From Albugo candida (Eukaryota), in NCBI GenBank assembly GCA_040437565.1, contig JBDOQK010000071.1, positions 62,001 through 126,000 on the forward strand: 64,000 bases of DNA, written 5' to 3'. The notes beneath the pieces are model-generated. The model saw nothing but the letters and a program-made list of their open reading frames with translations. It had not been told where the DNA came from and searched no databases. The position numbers and the translations under genes were made by a program. Below, one piece after another: positions 48,804 to 60,960 of the stretch. Position 1 is the stretch's first letter. Each line of letters opens with the position of its first letter.

Positions 48804-48988
48804 TGCATTTATAAGATTTAATAGCTTATAGAGGTTACATGACTCCTAATATACTTCTTCCGCAAGTAGCGTAATTTACACAACTTTTNNNNNNNNNNNN
48901 NNNNNNNNNNNNNNNNNNNNNNNNNNNNNNNNNNNNNNNNNNNNNNNNNNNNNNNNNNNNNNNNNNNNNNNNNNNNNNNNNNNNNNNN

Positions 48989-50642
48989 GGCGACGTCGCA
49001 CAAATTCTAGGAATCAAATCAGAGTCTAATGCGGCACTAGGTTCGTTCCGCCGTGCTGTTGCTTACATAGACCAAATTCCCTTTTCTTGTAGAAAAAGTT
49101 GCCACGCCCGTTAGTGGCAACAAGCCTCCATTGAAAAAGCTGACCGGAATGCAACGTGAGGTTCTCGGACTCATGGAAAGCAGCTACCGCGGCCATCATG
49201 CTTTCTATCCGAGTATTCCAAAGCAAAGCCTTCAGCAGAAGTGGAAAGCCCATAAGTCAATCCCTGCAATCAAGTGGAAGAAACTATCCTTCCAAAATCC
49301 TGCACGCAAAGACTTGCCGGGCGAAAATTGCCCGGAATCATCTAATGAGCGTGGTCCACTTATCTTACAACATTGGGTAAAGGCACACAATTCCGGGATG
49401 GAGTACACATTTGCCCGATTTAATGTAACTTGTGTGACCACCACTTACACCAACGAGGAGTATGTCAATTGTATCGAAAAGTACACTGATCCACTGATGA
49501 AGCCATGGACAAGATCACAAACTGATCTCTTATTTCAATTGTGTCAGCAGTACGACTTGCGCTGGTTTGTCATCGCAGACCGATGGTTTACATACACACA
49601 ACATGATGATGTTGCACCAAGCACTTGGACTTTAGAGGATCTTAAATATCGATATTATGAACTTACTCGAGTGCTTGCAACTTATCGCGAACAACAAAAT
49701 ATCGCCGACAAAGCGATCAAATTGGATCCTCAGTGCAATGAAGCGGCTTTGAGCGAGTGTCCGAAGAACGGATCAGCCCCTACCGCTGCGATTCCGTCCG
49801 AAGAATCTCGACCCGTCCAGGGCAGCGTGTCGTTATCAATCGATCCTCAATTCTCGTTCAATCTTTTGTATGAGAAACAGCGCAAGAGCCAATTGGAAAG
49901 AGCATTCCGGCGCTCTATTGAAGAAGAAAAAGAGATCCAAGCACTCAATGAAGAATTGCGTGATCTTGAACAGCAACTCAAGAAAACAGCTGGCAAAATG
50001 GACGCAAAAAAGAAAAAGGTATCGTATCGGACTTCTTTCTTCTTCCAAACGCAATCGCACACTTTTTCTATGATAGGAATTGGCCGTCGCCAGCTTGAGT
50101 GCGCGTGAATTCCCAGTCGGCGTTTTTCTGCGAAGCATTTGTGTGACAAATTGTCCAATCAAAGGAAAGATGCTCAAAAAAATGCAAGCGGTCCTAAGAG
50201 AGCTCGGTATTCCGGCCCGCCCAATGCCGACGCAGAATGTTTGTGAGATGTTTGATACACTTCGTGAAGATATCGTGGGGCTTTTATCACTCCGAAAGCA
50301 TCTTGAAATGAAGCAAAAAGAACTCTCAACGCTCCAAAACCGGTATCGTAGCCTTACCGGCGAAACGTATGAACCTGTAGGAATCCATCCGTTAAAGCAA
50401 GCAGGTATGTTGATCGTTCATTTTTTGGTACAAGCGCTTATATTTCTTGAACAGATCTGGAAACTACCATATTACAGGGTGGATTGGGCGAAGTGGAAGC
50501 GTCACAAGTGTCGGTGAACGATACGCCAACGACATTCGCTGGGAAAGCAATGAAACAAGCTGGAAAAACGGCGCGGAATGCTTCTAAACGGCGAAATTCA
50601 GCAGCGATTGGAAGCGGATTTAAGCGGAACAAGAAAGCGTGA
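48989..50642 (+). CDS. DMAP1: DMAP1/Swc4 (NuA4/SWR1 subunit), multi-exon; start codon probably lies in gap 48889..48988
   Basis: (M)GDVAQILG, GMQREVLGL, FQNPARKD, LQHWVK, FARFN, SANT WTRSQTDLLFQLCQQYDLRWFVIADR, EDLKYRYY and PMPTQNVC. Confidence 0.88.
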
Positions 50643-50835
50643 GGGGACTTAACCGAGAGGTTTATTTCCGTAAAAGTCAGGTGTGAAAATGCCGAGTAGA
50701 TTCGGTCGGTAACCAGCTGTCATGATCGTGGTCCATGACTCAACGAGGGAAGCCATGTCAGAAGAAGGGATGAGGATGTTTAATTAATACTCAGGTCATT
50801 TCGCGCTATTGCGGTAAATCGTCCGTGATAAGCTA

Positions 50836-53490
50836 ATGCCTTTGAGCAAATGGAAATTAATAGCTTGCGTCTATGTTATCACGTTACGTTTTGTAAACAG
50901 CGATGTAACCGCTGAAGATACCGAATCCTCTGAACTGGGAAGCAAAACGTACACTAATAAGGGTCGAACGAGTGAAAAACGCATTGAAAATAGGAATGCA
51001 GATCCACCGATGTGTACGTTCGCGTATTCGTCCGAGCCAATCGCAGAAGCCATCACTGATGCAGCTTTGCCCACTATTGAAGGCAAGGGTGAGAAATCAA
51101 ACGTTAAGGTAGAAGCGAGCAGAACAAAATCGAACCCACTACCGAAAGGAGCAGTTCAAGACGAGAGAAACGTTTCGATCGAGTCTAGAGTGCGTTTTTT
51201 GGAAAAAAACGAGAAGCTTTCCGGGAGTCTATTACCGTTCGCACTGAACGCGTCTGTATCAAATGTGAAAGGTCACAAATTTCCCAAGGTGGAACCGGAT
51301 ACCCTTCAGAATGAAAAAGAGGACGGCTATCAAGAATTTGAAAGCTTGAAAAAGGAAATCATTGATATTAAAAAAATAGACACAAGTAATGGAACAAGAG
51401 ACACTGACGGAAGCAATGCAAAGGAAGAAGAAGACGAGGGAACGGAGTATGTACCGTCTGAGCACGTAACCATTGGAAAATTCGCATGCAATGAGACGTT
51501 TTACAAAGCATGGAATCTAATGCGACTTCGCTGCGGAGGAGATGATCTCAACGTAATAAAAGCAGTGCAAAGTACACAGTGCGCGGTGTATAGTGGGAAG
51601 CAGATTAACTTACAAAAATCGGGCGCTTTAGGTACCAAAGTATGTTTATCAACGTGCAAGATCCCAGCTTGTATACGCAACCGTTGGGACTATACAGTCA
51701 GCAATGGACTCGAATCCCCCGTATACCAAAACGTAAATTACCTCGAACTATTGCGTCTTGCTAAAATCTCGGTCACTTCCACACAACGCCAAGAAAACGT
51801 GTCCCTACAAACATCATACCGTCCTCAATGGACTATCATCGAAAATTTAAATATCTCCAGCGTCACGACATGTAATTATAATATCACGAAGCAATGTGCA
51901 TGTAATTTGAAGAATTCTTCCGACGACAAGGAATCAGAGTCTTTGCAAGAAAAACTTCTTGAGCCTCCTGAAGACAAAGGTTTTGAGAACTGGAACCACT
52001 GGTCAGATGGACTAGAGAAAACCACGATGGATAAAGCTGGGATCGCATCGGCCAAAGTAGGTCAAACAGCCGCAGCGGTTTCTGTGGCACTTAGTGGAGC
52101 TATGACCGTTGTCACCGGCATGTTAGGAACAACGTCAACAACGCTTGCGACAACCGTGACTGCAGGGGCCGGCGTCGGGCTTACTGTTGCAGCAATGGAT
52201 CTATGTCAGTTTAGTGTGATGATCAATCAACTCAATCTGCAAGCTCGTCCTCGCTTTTTAGAGAAAATGGGAGAGAAAATGTCATTTTCCACCTTTACAT
52301 TTCTTCCTTTTGGAGAAGTCAAACGCTCTTCGAATGATGGTCATGGACGCCGATTGTCAGAATCAGATCGGTTATTATTGGGATCAGAGTCCGATACAGG
52401 TGTCGTGGGTGCAATGAAAGGAATGGAACGGTACGCGCGGGTTATCGGCATACAAGTGGATATGCTGTTTTATGTAACTTTGGGTGGAATCGCTGTTATT
52501 TGTTGTGTACCGTGGGCGGTTTACCTTATTTTGGTACTACTTGTGAGCCCATGCGTCCGCAACCCATCAGAATTTCGCAGTCAATGGCTTGATAAAACGA
52601 TTGGTATATTCATCCTAATCATCATGCTTACACAATACGTGATTGGAGCCACAGCTACGTTCCAGATTTGCCTTTGTATTCAGCGAAGCCACATGAACGA
52701 TCCTCGTTTTGCGGTTGCATTGATAACACTTTTGGTTTGTTCGTTGGGAACGTTAGCTTTCGGTTATCACGTACTGACTGCGCACCAAGACGAACTGAAA
52801 GACGTTGGGACACAGGAACATTTATCAAAATCTGTTTATGTTCGATATGGTCCACTTTACGAAGAGTATCGGTTCGAAAGTCGATATTTCTTCGCACCCA
52901 AGCTCTTATTGGCTCTTTTGAGTGGCATGACGACTGGGACGATTTTCATACACGGGTGGGTTCAACTCGTCATATTGATCGCCTTACACGGGCTATTTTT
53001 TATTCTATTGGAATGGAAGCACCCGTACCCGTCACACTTGATACAGAAAACCACATCATTTGTGATCTTTATCAAGATGTCCGTGCTTGGATTATCGTTT
53101 TTTCTATTATCAACCACGTTCGAATCAATGAAACTACCGTTTGATCTACGACAAAGTATCGCGCTTACGATTTTGGGGCTACAAGTTCTCGTGTTATGTT
53201 CTCTGTTATTTCGGCAAATGTTTGTTTTCTATCGAACGTGGAGGATACGACGTGATGGTCCAAAATCAAAGAGACAAACCTCGGCATACAGCACGCAACA
53301 AGAAGAAAGGGAACTCGAGTATGCATACGATCCGTATACCTTGAGAGAAATCGAAATGGGTAGAGAGAAGTGGATGGACCGACCGGTGGACCATCGAATC
53401 AACACACTCACTCCCTCTGTGCAGGTTCCTCGCATGAGGGAGCAGCCTAAAGTCAGAGCTGAACCTATAAAAGAGTGGAGACGCACATAG
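50836..53490 (+). CDS. Signal peptide + Cys-containing ectodomain + multi-TM domain of fungal TRP/FLC-like type
   Basis: DLCQFSVMINQLNL, YGPLYEEYRFESRYFF and KHPY motifs, with ~8 hydrophobic segments. Confidence 0.65.
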   Translation: MPLSKWKLIACVYVITLRFVNSDVTAEDTESSELGSKTYTNKGRTSEKRIENRNADPPMCTFAYSSEPIAEAITDAALPTIEGKGEKSNVKVEASRTKSNPLPKGAVQDERNVSIESRVRFLEKNEKLSGSLLPFALNASVSNVKGHKFPKVEPDTLQNEKEDGYQEFESLKKEIIDIKKIDTSNGTRDTDGSNAKEEEDEGTEYVPSEHVTIGKFACNETFYKAWNLMRLRCGGDDLNVIKAVQSTQCAVYSGKQINLQKSGALGTKVCLSTCKIPACIRNRWDYTVSNGLESPVYQNVNYLELLRLAKISVTSTQRQENVSLQTSYRPQWTIIENLNISSVTTCNYNITKQCACNLKNSSDDKESESLQEKLLEPPEDKGFENWNHWSDGLEKTTMDKAGIASAKVGQTAAAVSVALSGAMTVVTGMLGTTSTTLATTVTAGAGVGLTVAAMDLCQFSVMINQLNLQARPRFLEKMGEKMSFSTFTFLPFGEVKRSSNDGHGRRLSESDRLLLGSESDTGVVGAMKGMERYARVIGIQVDMLFYVTLGGIAVICCVPWAVYLILVLLVSPCVRNPSEFRSQWLDKTIGIFILIIMLTQYVIGATATFQICLCIQRSHMNDPRFAVALITLLVCSLGTLAFGYHVLTAHQDELKDVGTQEHLSKSVYVRYGPLYEEYRFESRYFFAPKLLLALLSGMTTGTIFIHGWVQLVILIALHGLFFILLEWKHPYPSHLIQKTTSFVIFIKMSVLGLSFFLLSTTFESMKLPFDLRQSIALTILGLQVLVLCSLLFRQMFVFYRTWRIRRDGPKSKRQTSAYSTQQEERELEYAYDPYTLREIEMGREKWMDRPVDHRINTLTPSVQVPRMREQPKVRAEPIKEWRRT

Positions 53491-53598
53491 ATCCAATAAC
53501 AATCAACTCATTAAATAGATTTTTGTGTCTGATGAATCGATTTTTCTCATTTGAATTTATAACTGCACCTTGATTACCGCAAAGATTTTATCCAATGG

Positions 53599-55233
53599 TC
53601 AGCACGTAAGAAACATGATAACTTCAAGTGCAATTCCCACCAAAAAGGCAAACCAAAGGAATGTGGAAAATGACACACCGACTGCACCACATAATGCGTG
53701 CACAAAAACGTATGATGTAACACCAAACTTGATCGTGACACACCAAATCATATAAATTACCAAGAGATTTGCTAGAATCGCGTCGCAAGTTGCCTTCGTC
53801 CCGATATCATCTAATAGAAAAGTAAATAGATGTAAAATTGTCACCCACCATACGACGTACCTGGCACATCCTGTACAGAGGCTTCTAAAAACACTTTTCG
53901 TAGTGCCAAACGATTCAGTTCTCTCGACTTTGCTTTATCCGATACAAACTCTGGTAAAAATCGGACAAGTGTCTAAAACGCTTAGTCAGTCACCAAGTTT
54001 CTCCAGTTAATGCACTACCTTTCCAGGCAACGCGAAGAAAAGTCCAGGCGACCATAGCTCGTAAGCCCCAAACACAATCGCAGGAACAACATTCTTGTCG
54101 ATTTCCTCACGCAAGTAAAACGGTCCTTTTTTGAAATCTTGTAGCTAACCGCAACATTAATTTCAGCGGTGTAGACTACCCTAAGCATCGTACCAATCCG
54201 TTCATGGACCGTGTGCCTTCTGGGGACATACAAACTGAGTTGCCTTCAACGTGGACGAGTTGTGCTAAAGTGCGCAAACTTTGCACTGCGCTTTTCCTAG
54301 AAAGAGAATGATGATCGATTCAGTACCGTTGTATGATTAGTACCGATTGGATCGATCGATTGCCACAAACTGGAGGAACCAACGGGCAACCCACCCCAAA
54401 AACGGGATCATAAACAAGCTTTTCTTGGCCGCAAACTATGTATAGTCGAGTATATCTCAGTATAGGAGCACCGTTGAGCGTAGACTGATTACCTTGAACG
54501 CCACGGGGGACACTTTATTCACCAAAATGCCATCCAAATTTGACGAATGACTAAGTTAACGAGACTTACAAAATTGCAAATAAATAAGGCACGCGCACCT
54601 AAACATGCAAATTACTGGAGTTTTCAAGTGCTGTAACACGGTTCGTCCCTCTACAGAAGCAGTGACACCAGAAGAGAGATACATCATCGTAGCCATTCCC
54701 CACTAACCCATCTTTTAGAACGTAACTATAATTCCACGGCGAGGTATACGTACGGATGCGATGTCTGCGGGCAGATAGTTTCTTGGAATTCCCCATTTTC
54801 GCAGTGTTGGTATCACAAAGCGCAAAGGGATCAGCAGAAATAGTGCTGCAAACCAGGCAATGAATACATTTAAAAAGGTTATAAGACGTAACAGCATATA
54901 AAGTTGCTCGGGTGTGGATCGACTTGGTGGAACTATGTCGAGTTGCAATCCCGTGTGAAGTTGATCTAATCGCTTGATGAGGGTGTTGATATCTTTTGAA
55001 TTGGACTCGGTGTCGAGTTGATGTAAATGAAGTTGTTCCTGTAGGTCAATTCGAAGAAATTCACATTTCTGATACCAAATGCGTTTGATCTGGTTACGCT
55101 TTGATAGTGGTAAAGTATCTTTTCGACTATGAAGTTTTATCAGTGCTTTTGGAATTTGATGCTCCAATTCAGTGATACGTTTTTCAAAGTCGATGGTACC
55201 CAAAATGGTGACAATAGATTTCGTGTCTTCCAT
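53599..55233 (-). CDS. 1-acyl-sn-glycerol-3-phosphate acyltransferase (PlsC/LPAT family), many short introns
   Basis: Spliced exons give FSHSSNLDAFL (HxxxxD), FVAAKKSLFMIPFFGW, AIDRS and FPEGTRS. C-terminal TM segments. Confidence 0.85.
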
Positions 55234-55837
55234 TTAATTGTACGATGCGAGTGTGTTTGGGGTTATTTTCACCAATAGGCATCCAATATTAAGGGTATTG
55301 CTCTATTTTACGTTTAACCAGGTCTTTCAAAATTGCGTATATGACCAAAGCTTGACTACGATTTGATTGTGAATGTATATCCACATACTTATCAGTAGTG
55401 AACAGAAAGCAAGTACGGATATTACACGACAAAACGAGATTCAATCGATCTATCATGCAATTTTATACTTTCTATTCGCATTTCTCACGTGCGTGATAAA
55501 TTTACTGAAGTGATCGACAAGTTTTGAAAGCGAACGGGTCCTTCTTACGTTTTGCGACGAGAGCTAATGACTTCAAATAGTACCTGTGATTACTAATTAG
55601 CAAATTTGAATGCTTTGAGTTGCATATAGTACTCTTTTGGGACGAGCATTTTCTTCAGCTTGAAGAGCCAGTTTATTTACATTTTTGTATGCATGCTTTC
55701 CACGTTCGGTCGAGGATTTAAAAAAAGACAATCAAGACGAAAAGCGACAGCTTCGATTGTATGGCGCAATTCATTTTACATTTTCAAAATATTTAATTGC
55801 AACTCGATTGGATACCAATTCAAACACGTAAGACTTG

Positions 55838-56143
55838 CTACATTCGCGAAAAGGTACGATACACAAAGACTGCCAGCGCGATACAAATCACGCAAACTTG
55901 GAACCAAATGAAGAAACCCGTTCCTTGTACCGCTTTCCCACCGTCGTGACATTTCGCACATTGCTCTTCGGGTTGCTGCAATTCGGAATCGCTTTGAGAC
56001 AACTTTCCGTCGCACTTTTTGCAGGTAGAGCGATTGTTCAGATTTTTCTTTTTCTCTCTCGACGTACCCTCCCGCTCTCTCTGTTCTTGCAGCAAACGCG
56101 GTCCACGTACGTAGGACAAGTATAATAGGAGTAAGAAGTTCAT
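55838..56143 (-). CDS. Hypothetical small protein (two CxxC motifs, C-terminal TM)
   Basis: ATG-started 101-aa ORF with CKKC and CAKC, a hydrophobic tail, and CCAAT/TATA-like sequence upstream. No family recognised. Confidence 0.35.
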   Translation of the reverse strand: MNFLLLLYLSYVRGPRLLQEQREREGTSREKKKNLNNRSTCKKCDGKLSQSDSELQQPEEQCAKCHDGGKAVQGTGFFIWFQVCVICIALAVFVYRTFSRM

Positions 56144-56508
56144 TTCGAGTTAGTGGAGTGGGTTATATAAACGACGTTTTATAGCGATGATCTGAAGGAG
56201 CCAATCAGAGATTTGGATCGGAAAAAAGCTCAATACAATTCGTTGCATGTTGCAGGCACATTTATTATCAGAGAAATAGAACAACTCATTATTCAATTAC
56301 GAGTTATGCTGCAACAAACGCCTTCACATACTTTTGCGTTAATGTCCATAACGGCTTCTCTGTTGCAATATTTCACTCTATCAAGCGAACCCTCTCGCAT
56401 GTGACAGCAAAACGCACAAAGGACCCAACGTGAGTAACCAAAATTTGACTGACGATCCGGAAACAATGTATACCCGTCATATATAGTGAGGACACCCAGC
56501 CAGCGCGG

Positions 56509-57984
56509 TCAATTGATCCGTCGTTTGGCTCGAAACGAATCCGCACATAGCGAGAAACTGATCACACCAGGAATCAGATGAATATCGATCATATTACAGT
56601 CCCCACCAGTAGCAATCATTTTCGTGACCGGATCCACAGTACAAAACTGATGGCAGAAACGATTGGGTGAAATTGACGAGGAAATCATTGAGCTTGATGG
56701 GACGTTCCATCGACGTAAACAAGCATCATTGCCCACGGAGAGAAGAGTATCTTCCAAGAATGAAATTGCATGCACGTGTTGATCCACTGGTTCATGATGT
56801 ACCGATAGGAATGAAGGAAGGTGCCATAGAGTCCAAAAACCGCGATCGCCTACTCCTCCACCACAAGCGAGCCAACGAGAAGAAGCATCGATTGCCAGAG
56901 TGCGCACGAACCCATTTCCGTAGTTTGGAGATAGAATTCGTACAGGTTTTTCGCTTCTCCGATCCCAAATGCCAACCGTTCCGTCCTCAGACGCAGTGAT
57001 AAGTTGTTCCGCATTGTGCGCATAACTGATATCGTGTAAGTATGCTTCGTGACCTTTGTAAGTCCGTACCGGTTTCTCTGCTGTCGTGTCCCACTCGTAC
57101 GCAATCGTGTCACCTCCAGCGACCCAAAGTGAGTCTGGGGCCAAAGTGGACCACTCCATTGCATTTATTTCATAATAAGGAAGGACCCCTCCACGTTCCG
57201 TTGTGGTACGTGGTATGTGCCAAGTGGTCGGCAANNNNNNNNNNNNNNNNNNNNNNNNNNNNNNNNNNNNNNNNNNNNNNNNNNNNNNNNNNNNNNNNNN
57301 NNNNNNNNNNNNNNNNNNNNNNNNNNNNNNNNNNGCAATCGTGTCACCTCCAGCGACCCAAAGTGAGTCTGGGGCCAAAGTGGACCACTCCATTGCATTT
57401 ATTTCATAATAAGGAAGGACCCCTCCACGTTCCGTTGTGGTACGTGGTATGTGCCAAGTGGTCGGCAAGAGCGTATCAGAGTCAGTTTGGGGCGTTCCTA
57501 CGAGTTTGATCATGTCACGCCATTTCCACACGCAAATTTCGTGATCCGATCCACTGCATACTCGGATTATGATGCGTCTGTGTATAGTAAAGGAAAAAAA
57601 GAGTACCTGATGACGAGTGGATTCTCACAATTGGAAATGAAAGAGACTGTGTAGATGCGTGATCGGTGTGCGCGTAATGACAATACTGGATCCAAATGGT
57701 GTATTTCAGAAGGTCGTTCCTCCCAGCATTCACTCTAAAAGACAATATTTTGATTTCAGAACAGCTGACGTCGAAAGGAAAGGAGAGATGTGTACAAGCT
57801 TTAGTATGTACACATGCAAGTAACCAGTGCTCGTCGCCGCTATTAATACACGTGCGTCCGGGGATAAAAGTTTGGATGCATGAACAGGGATGAAAATGGC
57901 GTCATACACGATTCCGATCTCTTCGCGCCGCCGTTGTCGCAGGGACTCACGGTACGATTCTTCGTGGTACGACCATGGCGTCAT
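56509..57984 (-). CDS. THOC6: THO complex subunit 6-like WD40 protein, multi-exon; gap duplication at 57235..57334
   Basis: Motifs EINAM, AGGD, YKGHEAYLH, TASEDGTVGIWDRR and WLACGGG. Confidence 0.8.
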
Positions 57985-58246
57985 AATATCCGTTAGATGG
58001 ACCATGAAAGTAACCAATCAAACGCGATAAAGGATAATACAGAGCATGATAATTTTATTTATAACCAATCAAACGAGCGCTTTGTATGGTAACAGACACA
58101 ATGCCATTTAACGAACGCAGAGCGGTTTGGCACACATGCACGCTTATAAACCAATCAGCTTCGATACAGCTATCATACTTCTCACTCCCAACTCATTCAA
58201 AAGTTAAATTAACTTCTCACTACACATTCATTCTCCTTTTGCGCAG

Positions 58247-60419
58247 TCACATTGCAAGCTGTTTGATTCGCACTGTGTTTACCTCCTGAACGAGCGTCAA
58301 ACACTCTTGCCGTATTCCCTCATAATCAACTTCTCTACTCTTATTGTCCAAATCTAAGTACAACCACATTAAATAAATGCTCGTCTATAATAACAGACAA
58401 CATACATTCTCGAAGATGAAAGATCGTTTGCTCCTGATGACGCAGTTTTTGCTCCAATGCGCCTAACGCCTTTGCAGTGTCGTTATTGGTGCTCTCTTCC
58501 TTCAGCGCTTCAAATTGACGCAATAACGCGTGCACCTGTGGCTTAATGCCGTCGCGACGTCGAAGATACTGCTGTTTGGTGTGCTGTAAACACTGTTTAG
58601 TTTGCTGATGCGTCTCTTTCATATCATCCAATTTCTCGAAAGCATTCATGTCCGACGTCATCGTGTCCATCTTCTCGTGCAAATGAGTAAGCTCTAATGC
58701 AATTTTGGAATCCAACGCATTTATTTTGTCCAATTCTTGCCGACGTTTATCCAGCTCAGAAGTAAGACGCTGTTTGGTGCTTACGGAAGATTCCAATTGA
58801 CGTTCTTTGAACGTGACGTCGTTCTTCAATTCTTCCAAATTGCTTGCGTTTGCATTCGACAGAACTTTCTCTTCGTTACTGAGACTATTGGATATATGTT
58901 CAAGTAATTTGACAATCAGATTTTGTGACTCAGATTGTGCGCTCAGATCTGATTCTTTCTTTGCATCGAAAGCGTCCATAAAACTTGTCATTTCTTTGTC
59001 TCGTTGGAAGAGCATCTCATACTTTTGTGATGGATCACCGTTTCCAGTCCGCTCTTGAAGATCTGCTTCCATCTCGTTACACGACTTTGCAAGCTCTTGA
59101 TTTTCCTGTGAGGCGTTTTGAACCTCTACTTCCAAAGCCTCCAATCGAGTCTTATCCTGCTTCACTTTGAGTAAGAGCATCGCTCGCGCTTCATTGGGAT
59201 CCATCGATACNNNNNNNNNNNNNNNNNNNNNNNNNNNNNNNNNNNNNNNNNNNNNNNNNNNNNNNNNNNNNNNNNNNNNNNNNNNNNNNNNNNNNNNNNN
59301 NNNNNNNNNNGATGGATCACCGTTTCCAGTCCGCTCTTGAAGATCTGCTTCCATCTCGTTACACGACTTTGCAAGCTCTTGATTTTCCTGTGAGGCGTTT
59401 TGAACCTCTACTTCCAAAGCCTCCAATCGAGTCTTATCCTGCTTCACTTTGAGTAAGAGCATCGCTCGCGCTTCATTGGGATCCATCGATACAGTCTTCG
59501 CCTCTTCGTCCAATTCCTTCCTTTCAATTTCAAGCTTCCGCAACTGATTCTCTAACTTCTCAAAGTCGTCTCTATACGTATCATTTCCCAGTTCTGATTC
59601 CTTTTTCTGGACAACACTCATCAGCTGTTCGAGCTCTTTGGTCCTTAGTTCGATACCGGTCTCAGTCTCGCGATGTTCTGCGAGCAATTCTTTGTATCGT
59701 GCGAGCTTCTGAGGTGCCAACTGATTGATTTTCTCTTCATGTTGTGCTTGGATACCACGAGTTTCTTGTTCCATTCGACGACCCATTTGCTCTTGCTCTT
59801 GTCGATGTAGGAAAATACGATCGATTTCTTCGGCTTCTTTCTTATTTCGGAGGGATAGTTGCTCTTTCACGTTGTACACGTCTGCTGGATCAGTTCCGCT
59901 GCGTAATTTATCCATGGCAAGGTTACAATCGGCGAGTTGGCCTTCAAGCTCGCGAACGGATCCAGATAGAATCTCATACTTGCGCTCGAGTTGCGCAAAT
60001 TGAACTTTATCTTTCGCATCTTGCTCTTTTTCAGTGTGGAGACGTTCAATTTCAGTGGTGATATCAGCAATTTTGGTGTGTAGTATGCCCATAAAGTAGG
60101 ATGCGTCTTGAACCTGTCGGCGAGGACCCGCTGTACCAATACGAATCCCCATCATACCTTGCTGCGTTACTGGTCGATCTGATACATTGACTTCTGTGTT
60201 CAGACTTAATCCGAAACCTGCTGTTTGCCCTGATGTAGATGGTACAGCCATACCCGTTCCGAGTCGGCCGGTTAGCGGGCGATTGGAACCACTTGCGGTT
60301 GGTACACGTTGACCTGTGCTAAGACGGGCAAGTGGAGCATTCTGTCGTGTTCCGGGTCGACCAAGATTAGCTCCTGTTTCTGGACGAATACCACTACCTG
60401 TGCCAGGTCGATCGGACAT
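58247..60419 (-). CDS. IFT74: Intraflagellar transport protein 74/72; one 3' intron; gap duplication at 59211..59310
   Basis: RPGT repeats, DRPVTQQGMMG, RQVQDASYF, LEGQLADCNL and long coiled coils. Last exon reads KSREVDY. Confidence 0.93.
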
Positions 60420-60960
60420 TTGGAATGAGACTCGAGCAACCTTTCAAGATATAGCACTTGGCAAGATGCGATTGGTTGAAAGCGCATGATAAGAGGCATT
60501 GGTTGGATAATTTTCGACGTACGAGAGATTCATTTGATTTGTAGAAGATGGTACATACTATAAAGGAAGTGATTAAATAATTTNNNNNNNNNNNNNNNNN
60601 NNNNNNNNNNNNNNNNNNNNNNNNNNNNNNNNNNNNNNNNNNNNNNNNNNNNNNNNNNNNNNNNNNNNNNNNNNNNNNNNNNNATTTTTGAAATGAACAG
60701 GTCCCTCCCAAAGGGAGGATCAAGAAATTGGATCAAGCCGCCATGATAGGGGTCAAGTCCACGGTAATCTTTAGTAAAAGGCGAAAGATTAATTCGTGTT
60801 GAATTTAACCCGACGGAGATACTCTAATCTCCGTACTTTGGCAAACTACATAGTGGGTTACATCCCACACGGACAAAGCGCACTCACCGTGAGCACGCCC
60901 CACACAGTACCACACATCTACCGCCCTGTAATAGACAATAAACAATGCTCCCCTTTCATA

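Noticed and set aside
60700-60722. Small GC hairpin CTCCC-AAA-GGGAG
   Set aside because: It is too short to assign, with no Helitron-type CTRR end or other supporting context.
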